Of a stretch of 64,000 bases of DNA, positions 45,539 through 58,172 are shown piece after piece. The notes beneath the pieces are model-generated. The model saw only the letters and a program-made list of their open reading frames with translations. It had not been told where the DNA came from and made no database searches. The position numbers were made by a program, and so were the translations under genes. This DNA comes from Anaeramoeba ignava BMAN (lineage: Eukaryota > Protista > Anaeramoebae), in contig JAPDFW010000112.1 of NCBI GenBank assembly GCA_028826165.1, positions 1 to 64,000 of the forward strand. Reading direction: 5' to 3'. Position 1 is the first letter of the stretch, and the number at the start of each line of letters is the position of its first letter.

Positions 45539-47358
45539 TTAAAAATCATCAGAAGATTCAAGCCATTCATTTATTGAATGTGGTTTTTTTGGTAATTCAG
45601 GTAAATTTCCTTCTTCTATTTTAATATCATTCATTTCTAATTAAATATAAATATAAATATAAATCAATTAAATATAAATCAATTAAATATAAATCAATTA
45701 AATATAAATCAATTAAATACCAAATTCTTTTATTATTTTCATAAATGAAATTTTGCTTCCACACATCATTAATCCTGCAAATATTAAACATATTCCTGAT
45801 ATCCAAAAAACTAATCTATAATTTACATCAAAAAGAGCACCTCCTGCAATAGGTCCAATTAATCTACTTAATGAACCTAAACTCTGAGCAAGTCCCATAA
45901 TTGTTCCTATTTTTATATTTTATATTTTATTTTTTTTAAAAAAGTGGAATATTCCATTTTTGTTTTTTTGAATTGATTTTTGAAAATATTTTGGAATTAT
46001 TTTTGAAATTATTTTTGAATTATTTTTGAAATTATTTTTGAATTATTTTTGAATTATTTTTGAATTATTTTTGAATTATCTTTTTGATTTGATTTGATTT
46101 GATTTGATTTGATTTGATTTGATTTGATTTGATTTGATTTGATTTGATTTCAAAAAATACCTTTATCAGTTTTTTTTGTTGTAAAAGAAATTAAAGCCAT
46201 TAAACATGGATACATAAAAGCAGAACCAAGTGAAATAAAAAACATAACAATAATATCAGTAGTTTTAGTTGTAGCTTCAGGAAGAATAATTATCATAATT
46301 CCTGAAAATGGAACCATAACATAAATCATAGTTTGTAAATGGAATTTTTTAGATAAAATACCCATAGCTGCTCCTTGAATTATTAATAATATAAGTCCAT
46401 TCATCATATAAATATATCCAATATTTGATTCATCCAATCCAATTTTCAATTTGGAAACAAGAAGTGGATAAGTAATAATAAGAGCAGTGAATCCAGTAAT
46501 TGAAATAAAAAAAGATAATTGGAAACGAACAAGAAAAGGTCTTTTCAAAAGTAATCCAATAGCTTTGAATGTTGTTAATCCTTCAACAGGAATTTCTTCA
46601 GCAATTGCAATAATTTGTTTAAATTTCATTTTCTTTTTAACAACATAAGTTTCTTTCAAAAATATTAAAGAAAAAACAAATCCAATTAATGCTAAAATAG
46701 AACTTGCATAAGAAACTCCTTTTAATTCCCATTTACTTAATGCTGATCCTATTGTTGGTCCTATTACAAAAGCAATTCCAAAAACAGCTCCAAAAAGTCC
46801 TAAATATCTTGCTCTATATTGAATAGGAACAATATCTGTAATCATTGCATTTGTTATTGAAATGAATCCTCCAAAAAATCCAGTAAATCCTCTAAATAAA
46901 ATTAATTGAGTTAATGTTTGACTAAATGAAGTAACAAATAATCCTATGGCTAATCCAAATAAACTAATCACTAATAATTTCTTTCTTCCAAATGATTTAT
47001 CACTTAAAACTCCAAGAAAAATGCTTGATATAAATTGTGTTCCTGAATAAGCTGCTTCAATAATTCCAACTTGTAATGCATTTGCTCCAAATTTTTTGAG
47101 TGCATAAAATGGAATAATTGGAACTAGAATTGAAAAAGCAACAACTGATAAAAATAAACAGAAATAAATTGTATAAACTGATGCTTTATCAATTCTATCT
47201 TCTTCTTTTTTCTTTTTTGATTTTTCATTTTCATTTTCATTTTCATTTTGATTTTCATTTTCATTTTCATTTATGTTCGTTTTCTTTTTCTTTTTTTCTT
47301 CAATAATAACTGAATCAATTTCTATTTCTTCTTCTGTATCTATTTTTGGATAATTCAT
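45539..47358 (-). CDS. MFS transporter paralog 4; exons 47358-46161, 45906-45721, 45636-45539
   Basis: Same motifs and intron positions; ends EWLESSDDF. Confidence 0.92.
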
Positions 47359-47501
47359 TAATCGAAAAAATAATTTTTAAAAAAAGAAAAAATAAAAATA
47401 AAAAAAAATTTTTTTTTATTTTTGAAAGAAAAAAAAATAATCAAAAAAAAAAGAGAAGAAGGAAGAAAGAAAAAGGAAAAAATATATGATTTTCTTTTAA
47501 A

Positions 47502-50416
47502 TTAAAAATCATCAGAAGATTCAAGCCATTCATTTATTGAATGTGGTTTTTTTGGTAATTCAGGTAAATTTCCTTCTTCTATTTTAATATCATTCATTTC
47601 TAATTAAATATAAATATAAATATAAATCAATTAAATATAAATCAATTAAATATAAATCAATTAAATATAAATCAATTAAATATAAATCAATTAAATATAA
47701 ATATATTAAATATAAATCAATTAAATACCAAATTCTTTTATTATTTTCATAAATGAAATTTTGCTTCCACACATCATTATTCCAGTTAATATTAATAATC
47801 CTCCTGATATCCAAAAACCTAATCTATAATTTACATCAAAAAGAGCACCTCCTGCAATAGGTCCAATTAATCTACTTAATGCTCCTGAACTCTGAGCAAG
47901 TCCCATAATTGTTCCTATTTTTATATTTTATTTTATTTTTTTTTAAAAAAGTGGAACATTCCATTTTTGTTTTTTTGAATTGATTTTTGAAATTATTTTT
48001 GAATTATTTTTGAATTATTTGAGTTTTAATTTTGAAATTATTTTGGAATTATAAAAAAAGTGGAATATTCCATTTTTATTTTTGATTTGATTTTGGAATT
48101 ATTTTTGATTTGATTTTGAAATTATTTTTGATTTGATTTTGAAATTATTTTGAAATTATAAAAAAGTGGAACATTCCATTTTTATTTTTGATTTGATTTT
48201 GGAATTATTTTTGATTTGATTTTGAAATTATTTTTGATTTGATTTTGAAATTATTTTTGATTTGATTTTGAAATTATTTTGGAATTATAAAAAAATGGAA
48301 CATTCCATTTTTATTTTTGATTTGATTTTGGAATTATTTTTGATTTGATTTTGAAATTATTTTGGAATTATAAAAAAAGTGGAATATTCCATTTTTATTT
48401 TTGATTTGATTTTGAAATTATTTTTGATTTGATTTTGAAATTATTTTGGAATTATAAAAAAAGTGGAACATTCCATTTTTATTTTTGATTTGATTTTGGA
48501 ATTATTTTTGATTTGATTTTGAAATTATTTTGGAATTATAAAAAAAGTGGAATATTCCATTTTTATTTTTTTGAATTGATTTTGAATTTATTTTTGAAAT
48601 TATCCTTGAATGATTTTGAAATTATTTTGGAATTATAAAAAAAGTGGAATATTCCATTTTTATTTTTGATTTGATTTTGGAATTATTTTTGATTTGATTT
48701 TGAAATTATTTTTGATTTGATTTTGAAATTATTTTGAAATTATAAAAAAGTGGAACATTCCATTTTTATTTTTGATTTGATTTTGGAATTATTTTTGATT
48801 TGATTTTGAAATTATTTTTGATTTGATTTTGAAATTATTTTTGATTTGATTTTGAAATTATTTTGGAATTATAAAAAAATGGAACATTCCATTTTTATTT
48901 TTGATTTGATTTTGGAATTATTTTTGATTTGATTTTGAAATTATTTTTGATTTGATTTTGAAATTATTCTAAAATTATAAAAAAATGGATCATTCCATTT
49001 TTATTTTTGATTTGATTTTGGAATTATTTTAATTTGATTTCAAAAAATACCTCTATCAGTTGTTTTTGTTGTAAAAGAAATTAAAGCCATTAAACAGGGA
49101 TGTAGAAAAGAAGATCCAAGTGAAATAAGAAACATCATAAGAATATCAGTACTTTGGGTTTTAGCTTCAGGAAGAATAATTATCATAATTCCTCCAAAAG
49201 GAACCATAATATAAACTAGTGTTTGTAAATGGAATTTTTTAGATAAAACACCCATAGCTGCTCCTTGAATCAATAATAACACAAACCCATTCATCATATA
49301 AATATATCCAATATTTGATTCATCCAATCCAATTCTCAATTTGAAAACAAGAAGTGGATAAGTAACCATAAGTCCTGTAAATCCAACATTTGCAAAGAAA
49401 AAAGATAATTGAAAACGAACAAGAAAAGGTCTTTTCAAAAGTAATCCAATAGCTTTGAATGTTGTTAATCCTTCAACAGGAATTTCTTCAGCAATTGCAA
49501 CAATTTGTTTAAATTTCATTTTCTTTTTAACAACATAAGTTTCTTTCAAAAATATTAAAGCAAAAATAAATCCCATAAGCGTCAAAATGGCACTTGAATA
49601 ACAAGCTCCTTTTAATTCCCATTTACTTAATGCTGATCCTATTGTTGGTCCTATTACAAAAGCAATTCCAAAAACAGCTCCAAAAAGTCCTAAATATCTT
49701 GCTCTATATTGAATAGGAACAACATCTGTAATCATTGCATTTGTTATTGAAATGAATCCCCCAAAAAATCCAGTAAATCCTCTAAATAAAATTAATTGAG
49801 TTAATGTTTGACTAAATGAAGTTATAACTAACCCAACTACTAATCCAAATAAACAAATCAATAATAATTTCTTTCTTCCAAATGATTTATCACTTAAAAC
49901 TCCAAGAAAAAGACTTGATATGAATTGTGTTCCTGAATAAGCTGCTTCAATAACTCCAACTTCTAATGCATTTGCTCCAAATTTTTTAAGTGCATAAAAT
50001 GGAATAATTGGAATTAAAATTGAAAAAGCAACAATTGATAAAAATAAACAGAAATAAATTGTTAAAACTTCTATTTTAGGTACTTCACTTCCTTCTTTTT
50101 TCTTTTTTGATTTTTTTTTTGATTTTTCTTTTGGATTTTCAATTGATTTTTCATTTGGATTTTCTTTTGATTTTTCATTTGGATTCTCTTTTGATTTTTC
50201 ATTTGGATTTTCTTTTGGATTTTCATTTGGATTCTCTTTTGATTTTTCATTTGGATTTTCTTTTGGATTTTCTTTTGGATTTTCAATTGAATTTTGATTT
50301 GAATTTTTGATCATTTTTCCTTTTGAGTTTCCTTTTATTTTTCTTTTCCTTTTTTCTTCAATTACAATTGAATTAATTTCTATTTCTTCTTCTGTGTCTA
50401 TTTTTGGGTAATTCAT
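47502..50416 (-). CDS. MFS transporter paralog 5; exons 50416-49051, 47914-47729, 47599-47502
   Basis: ATG at 50416 by homology (MNYPKIDTEEEIE); ends EWLESSDDF. Confidence 0.92.
47915..49050 (-). repeat. MFS5 intron 1: higher-order repeat of a palindromic TGGAA(T/C)ATTCCA unit plus 23-bp subrepeats
   Basis: 11 palindrome copies, spaced mostly about 84, 106 or 129 bp apart. Confidence 0.88.
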
Positions 50417-50706
50417 AATCAAATCAAAAAAAATTTTTTTTTTTAAAACTAATAATAACAATTAGAAAAAGAAAAAAAGAAAGGAAAAGTAAAAAAAAAA
50501 TAAAAATAAAAAAATTTTATTTTTCTTTATTTAAAAAAAAAAGAAATTAAATCAACAAAAAAAAAAAAAGAAATTAACACGTTTCATTTGAAAAAAGATC
50601 AAAATTTTTTTTTCTACTTTTCTTTTTCATTTTTTTCATTTTTTTTCTCCTTTCTTTTTATTTATAAAATTTATTTAAAATTAATAAAATTAAAATTAAA
50701 AAAAAA

Positions 50707-53179
50707 ATGTCAAATAAAAAATTTCCTTCAATTTATAAAAAAATTATTCAACAAAATAAAAGAAGAATTAAATGGATTTCTAAAGAATTAAAAATTACTT
50801 TAAAATCAATAAAAGAATTTGAAGAAAAACTTAAAAAATTATCTTTTCAAAAAGAAAAAGAAAAAATACAAAATCAAATTAATCATTTAATAGAATTTAA
50901 AAAAATGTTAGATAATAAACTAAGCTTTTTAAATGAAGGAATAATTAAACAAAAAGCAATACTTAAAAGTAGATTTATTTAATAAAGCAAAATCAAAATC
51001 AAATTTAAAATCAAAATCAAAATCAAAATCAAAATCAAAATCAAAATTAAAATCAAAATTAAAATCAAAATCAAAATTAAAATCAAAATTAAAATCAAAA
51101 ATCAAAATTAAAATTAAAATTAAAATCAAAATTAAAAATCAAATCAAAATCAAAATTAAAATTAAAATTAAAATCAAAAGCAAAATCAAATTAAAATCAA
51201 AATTAAAATCAAAATCAAAATCAAAATCAAAATCAAAATTAAAATCAAAATCAAAATCAAAATCAAAATCAAAATTAAAATCAAAAATCAAAATTAAAAT
51301 CAAAATTAAAATCAAAATCAAAATCAAAATCAAAATTAAAATTAAAATCAAAATCAAAATTAAAATCAAAATTAAAATTAAAATCAAAATCAAAATGAAA
51401 ATCAAAATCAAAAATCAAAATTAAAATTAAAATTAAAATCAAAATTAAAAACCAAATTCAAATTAAAATCAAAAATTAAAAAAAGAAAAAGCACAGAAAA
51501 ATCAAAATCAAAAACGTTGTAAAGAATTAAAATGTGTTTGCATTTCAGATACACATATGAAACACAACGAAATGGAAAAAATCCCAGAAGGAGATATATT
51601 AATACATTCTGGAGATTTCAGTAGAAGAGGATATGATTTTGAATTTGAAAATATCAATAAATGGCTTAGTGAACTGCCACACAAATATAAAATTGTAGTT
51701 GCAGGAAACCATGATCAAGGATTAGAAAATGAACCAGAAAAATCACTAGCAATATTATCAAATATAATTTACCTTCAAGATGAAGGAGTTCAAATCAAAG
51801 GATTTAATTTTTGGGGAAGTCCTTATCAACCCAATTATTGTCAGTGGTCTTTCAATCTTCCAAGAGGAAAAAAACTTCTTAAGAAATGGAAATTAATCCC
51901 AAAAAATGTTGATGTTGTTATTACTCATACTCCTCCTTTTGGAATTCTTGATCAACAAGTAAACCATGAAAAATCTTCCCTTAATCAAAATGATTTTGAA
52001 AATATTGGTTGTCAAGATTTACTTAAAATTATATCAAATATTCGTCCTTTATTTCATGTCTTTGGTCATGTTCATAGAGAATATGGCTTTATTTTTAAGG
52101 ATTCTACTTATTTTATTAATGCTAGTTCTGTTAATCAATATTTCCTTCCAAAAAATATTCCTATTGTTTTTATTCTTTCTGAAAATCCAAAAATTTTAAC
52201 TAATTCAATTGAAAATAAAAATAAAAATAAAAATAAAAATCAAAATCAAAATCAAAATCAAAATAAAAATAAAAATAAAAATAAAAATCAAAATGAAAAT
52301 GAAAATGAAAATGAAAATGAAAATCAAAATCAAAATGAAAATCAAAATCAAAATAAAAATATAAATCAAAATGAAATTGAAAATAAAAATGAAAATCAAA
52401 ATGAAAATCAAATTGAAAATGAAAATGAAAATCAAAATCAAAATGAAAATGAAAATAAAAATCAAAATCAAAATCAAAATCAAAATGAAAATGAAAATCA
52501 AAATCAAAATCAAAATCAAAATCAAAATCAAAATCAAAATCAAAATGAAAATGAAAATCAAAATCAAAATCAAAATGAAAATCCAAAAATTTTAACTAAT
52601 TCAATTGAAAATAAAAATAAAAATAAAAATCAAAATGAAAATAAAAATGAAAATCAAAATAAAAATGAAAATCAAAATGAAAATCAAAATGAAAATGAAA
52701 ATGAAAATCAAAATCAAAATCAAAATGAAAATCAAAATCAAAATGAAAATCAAAACCAAAATCAAAATCAAAATCAAAATAAAAATGAAAATCAAAATCA
52801 AATTGAAAATAAAAATGAAAATCAAAACCAAAATCAAAATCAAAATGAAAATGAAAATCAAAATCAAAATCAAATTCAAAATGAAAATCAAAATAAAAAT
52901 CAAAATAAAAATGAAAATCAAAATGAAAATGAAAATCAAAATGAAAATCAAAATCAAAATCAAAATCAAAATGAAAATCAAAATGAAAATAAAAATCAAA
53001 ATCAAAATGAAAATCAAAATCAAAATCAAAATCAAAATCAAAATAAAAATCAAAATCAAAATCAAAATAAAAATCAAAATCAAAATCAAAATAAAAATGA
53101 AATTGAAAATGAAAATGAAAATAAAAATGAAAATAAAAATGAAAATCAAAATGAAAATCAAAATGAAAATCAAAATTAA
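50707..53179 (+). CDS. Calcineurin-like metallophosphoesterase (MPPED/239FB-like) with N-terminal coiled coil and long N/Q/E tail; exons 50707-50968, 51486-53179
   Basis: CISDTH, HSGDFS, VAGNHD, THTPP and FGHVH motifs. A phase-1 GT..AAG intron filled with (AAAATC/T)n links the upstream ORF in frame; this exon-1 link is less certain. Confidence 0.85.
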
Positions 53180-53388
53180 AATGAAAATTTAAATTTAAAA
53201 TTAAAATGAAATTTAATTAAATTTGTGAATTATTGTAAATTTTGGAAAAGAAAAGAAAAGAAAAGAAAATTAAATTTCAATGAAAAAAAAAGAATATTTT
53301 GATTAAGAAGAAAAGTAAAACAAAACTGTATTTGTTGAAAAATTTTGATTCAAAAAAAAATGAATATTTTTTCTGGAATTAGATTTTT

Positions 53389-55183
53389 TTACACAATAAA
53401 GAATTCCAATAGATCTGTAATAGAAATAACACCAATAACTTTATTATCTTTGTCAATACAAACAAGTCTTGAAACATTAATTTCTGCAATTTTTAAAATA
53501 ACTTCTCTAATAGTTGTTTCCAAAGTGCATGAATATAAAATAAATTCTGAACTAAGTCTCTTTCTTTTTTGGGCTAAAGCTTCTGAAATTGAAATATTTA
53601 AATCATCAAGTGATTCATTAACAATAAAATCCTTTTTTTTATAAATCAAAAATTTTTAATTGAATTCTTTTTTTAATTGAATTTTTTTTTAATTGTTACT
53701 GTAATATCAGAACGACTGAAAACATCTACTAATTCATTATTTTCAGAAACAACTGGTACTCCACTAATTCTTTTTTCAGATAATAATCTCAAAACTTCAA
53801 TTAATGGTTGATCTGATGTTACAGAAATAATTGAATCAAATCTCCCAATTTTAAATTCACCAAGTGTTTTATTTAATGCTGGATGAATTAATTCAAGCTA
53901 AAATATTATTATTAAATATTATTATTTAAATATTATTATTGAATATTATTATTGAATATTATTATTGAATATTATTATTAAATATTATTATTTAAATATT
54001 ATTATTGAATATTATTGTTAAATATTTTTATTGAATATTATTATTTAAATATTATTATTAAATATTATTATTAAATATTATTATTAAATATTATTTGAAT
54101 ATTATTAAATAATTTTTGATAAAATTCTTTTACATTATCAACAACAAATCGTAAAACATGTATATGTTTAATAACATATAAAATTGTTGAAGGAGAATCA
54201 GGATCAATCTAAATTAAAATTTGATTTTTGAATTAAAATTTGATTTTTGAATTAAAATAATTATTCAATAACACACAATAGGTAAACGATGGAAATGCTT
54301 TTCAGAAAGTTGTTTAATAGCATCAAACATTCGAGTTTGAGGATAAATTGAGATTAATTGACCAGGCATTTTTTTAATTTTTCTCCATTGTGAAATGGTG
54401 CAATTATTCATTTCATGAATTTTTTTCTGTTCATAAAAATAACATACAATATCAACAACATCAGTAACAGTTAACATCCCAATATATTTATTATTTTCAG
54501 AATCCCAAAGTGGTGCACTTTGATATTCTATTTAATAATTCAATTTAAATAAATTTTGAATTTAAATTAATTTTGAATTTAAATTAATTTTGAATTTAAA
54601 TTAATATTCAATTTAAATAAATATTGAATTTAAATAAATTTTAAATTTAAATTAATTTTCAATTTTTAAATTAATTTTGAATTTAAATTAATTTTGAATT
54701 TAAATAAATTTTGAATTTAAATCAATATTGAATTTAAATTAATATTGAATTTAAATAAATTTTGAATTTAAATTAATATTGAATTTAAATTAATATTGAA
54801 TTTAAATTAATATTAAATTTAAATAAATATTGAATTTAAATCAATTTTGAATTTAAATTAATATTAAATTAAAATTAATTTTCAATTTAAATAAATTTTG
54901 AATTTAAATAAATATTGAATTTAAATTAATTTTGAATATAAATTAATTAAAATATTAAATATTAAAGCAACTCACGTTGTTCTGCTAAAGCTTGAAAAGC
55001 ATATTTAAGCCTAAGATTTGTATCAATAACAACAACTTTCCCACTTTGTGGAATTAAATCATAACATTTATGAAGTCGTAAAAAATTAGCTATTATTCTT
55101 CGAATAAAATCAAGTTCATCAATTGGTTCATTTATTATTTCTTTTTTTTCTTGTTTTTCTTTATTTTCTTTATTATTTTGCAT
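53389..55183 (-). CDS. SNF4: AMPK/SNF1 gamma subunit (4 CBS); exons 55183-54976, 54527-54277, 54208-54134, 53897-53700, 53631-53389
   Basis: CYDLIPQSGKVVVIDT, AFQAL, SAPLWDSE...GMLTVTD, HRLPIIDP, RISGVPVV, VFSRSDI, GVISITDLL. Confidence 0.92.
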
Positions 55184-55416
55184 TTTTTACTTTTTAAAAA
55201 AAAATGAAAAATGAAAAATGAAAAATGAAAAAAATTTTAATTTTAATTTTAATTTTGATTTTTGATTTTGATTTTAAATTTTAATTTTAATTTTAATTTG
55301 AAATTCAAAATAAAAGTGGAATTAAAAATGGGAAATTTTAATTTTAATTTTTTTAAATTTAATTCAAAAAAAAAAAGGAGAAAAAATTTTTTTCATTTTT
55401 TTCATTTTCAAATTTA

Positions 55417-57931
55417 ATGACAACTAAAAAAGGCAAAGTTTTTGGATTTAAAATCACATCAGAAACACCAATTCATCCATTTTTACAAGAATGTGTTACA
55501 TTTTTACTTCAAATTCAAAATCCAAATCCAAATTTATTAGTTTCACAATTTAATAAAGATATTCTTAATTCAACAAAGAAAGTTATCAATAAAGATAAGA
55601 CTATTGAATTAGATGGTTTAGGTCCTGTTCTTGTTTCTGCTTTAGTTAAACAATTTTTAGCTGATTTAGTTACTCCTTTAATTCCAACTAATTATTATAA
55701 ATTATTCGAAAAAGTTTTAGGTTTTTATATTAATTTTAATTATAATTATAATTTTAATTATAATTTTAATTTTAATTATAATTTTAATTTTTAATTTTAA
55801 TTTTAATATTAATTTTAATTTTAATTTTAATTTTAATTTTAAATATAATTTTAATTTTAATTTTAATTTTAATTTTAATTTTAATTTTAATTTTAATTTT
55901 AATTTTAATTTTAATTTTAATTTTAATTTTAATTTTAATTTTAATTTTAATTTTAAATTTAAATTTAATTTTAATTTTAATTTTAATTATAATTTTTATA
56001 TTAATTTTAATTTTAATTTTAATTTTAATTTTAATTATAATTTTAATTTTAATTTTAATTTTAATTATTAATTTTAATATTAATTTTAATTTTAATTTTA
56101 ATTTTAAATTTTAATTTTGATTTAAATTTTAAATTTTAATTTTGATTTAAATTTTAAATTTTAATTTTGATTTAAATTTTAATTTTATTAGAACAACCAG
56201 AATCAGAACAAAATTCAGCTCTTATGAGTGTTATTGAAAAAATTCCTTATCCTAATCTTAAAATGTTGGAATTAATTTTGCAATTATTATCTCATTTTAT
56301 TAATACTGAAAAATTAAATGAAATAACTCGTTCAACTTTTAATATTTTTGGATCATTAATGTTTCGAACAGAATCAAGTGAAAATATGGATTTTATAATT
56401 TTTATAATTTCAAAGAATTCTAAAAGCGTTTCAGAATATATTTCACAAGTAAAACAAAATAAATATTAAAATATTATTAAATTATTAAATTATTAAATTA
56501 ATTATTAAATATTATATTAATTATTAAATTAAATATTAATTATTAAATTAAATATTAATTATTAAATTAAATATTAATTATTAAATTAAATATTAATTAT
56601 TAAATTAAATATTAATTATTAAATTAAATAAATTAAATATTAATTATTAAATTAAATATTAAATATTAAATTAAATATTATTAATTATTAAAATATTAAA
56701 TATTAAATATTAAATATTAAATATTAAATATTAAATATTAAATATTAAATATTAAATATTAAATATTAAATATTAAATATTAAATATTAAATATTAAATA
56801 AAATTAAATATTAAAAATATTAAATTAAATATTAAATATTAAATTAAATATTAAATTAAATATTAAATATTAAATATTAAATATTAAATAAAATTAAATA
56901 TTAAAAATATTAAATTAAATATTAAATTATTAAATTATTAAATTATTAAATTAATTATTAAATAAGCTCGAAAACTCAAATGAAGACATCCATCTTGGAG
57001 AAAAAGAACTCAAAAAAAAACTAAAACAAATCGAAAAATCCAAAAAGAAGATCGAGAAAATGCATACGATTTATTACAAAGAGAAGTTGAGCGACTTTAT
57101 CATCAACAAACAGAAATGCAAACAAAATATGAAAACAAACTGGATATAATTCTTCAAGAAAACAAAGAACAAAAAGCAGTTATTGACGGATTTCTTGCAC
57201 AAATCACAACAACTGAAGAAACCCATTTAACTTCACAAGAAGAATTTGAAAATATAAACAAAAATCGAGAAGAAATCCAAAAAGAAATCGAAGAAAAAAC
57301 AGAATCATCAAAAAAAATTGAAGAAGAAATTCAAAAAGAAAATTCAAAATCAAATGAACTAAATCAATCGATTCAAGAACAAAGAAATAAATTTCAAGAA
57401 CTGAGTCTAAAATCAACAGATGAAGTCGCCAATTTTGAACTTGAATATGATTGGAAAAATTTCTATATTTCTCAAATTGAACAAAAAAGAGATCAATTAT
57501 CTTTAGAAATGAAAAAATCATTAAAAAGAATGGATAAAATTCCTCTTGAAAAATTTCGAAGTCAAAAAGAACTTGCAAATTTAGAAAAAGAATTAGAAGA
57601 TGAAAAACAACGTTTGCAATCCGAAAAAACAATTTATAACTCAAGAAAAGAAGAATTCACTTCATTTCTAAAAGGATTCGAAACTGAAAAAGAAAAAATC
57701 AAAAAATCACGTCTTGAAAAGAAGAAAGAATTGTTTAATTTAGTGAATGAACTTGAAGATTATCTTAAAATTAGTTTAAATCCTCAAGAACTGATTGAAA
57801 AAAATCAAAAAGTTTTACTTTATAAACAAGATTTAACAAATTCTGTTGCAATTATTGAAAAACAAATGGAACAACTTACACTTCTTGATAAAGCAATTAT
57901 GCAAAAGGAAAATCAATTAAGAAATATTTGA
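55417..57931 (+). CDS. RhoGAP-like domain (no arginine finger) + long coiled coil; exons 55417-55720, 56192-56448, 56967-57931 (one base missing near 57012-57046)
   Basis: VFG...IHPFLQECV...VSALVKQFLADLVTPLIP...IPYPNLKML...IFGSLMFR. The C-terminus is heptad-rich. Confidence 0.7.
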
Positions 57932-58172
57932 GAATTTCTGTTTCTTTTCTTTTCTTTTCTTTTCTTTTCTTTTTTTTTTAAATGATTTTAATCCATTAAA
58001 TTAACTCAAAAAAAAAGGAAAAAATATTTTTTAAATTTTGTTTTGAAGATTTTTTTTATTATTAAATGAAAGGATTTAAAAAATGTCTTGTTTTTTGTTT
58101 AAAAAAAAGATTAAAATTGTATTTGGAAAGTTTTGTTTGAAAAATTCTTTTTTTTTCTTTTGTTTTTTAAAG

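Noticed and set aside
47915-49050. CRISPR-like array of regularly spaced palindromes
   Set aside because: Spacers are repeats of one 23-bp unit, the array lies in a spliceosomal intron, and there are no cas genes.
50929-53192. ILILIL, DFDFHF and KIKIKM ORFs
   Set aside because: Alternative frames or strands of hexamer repeats.
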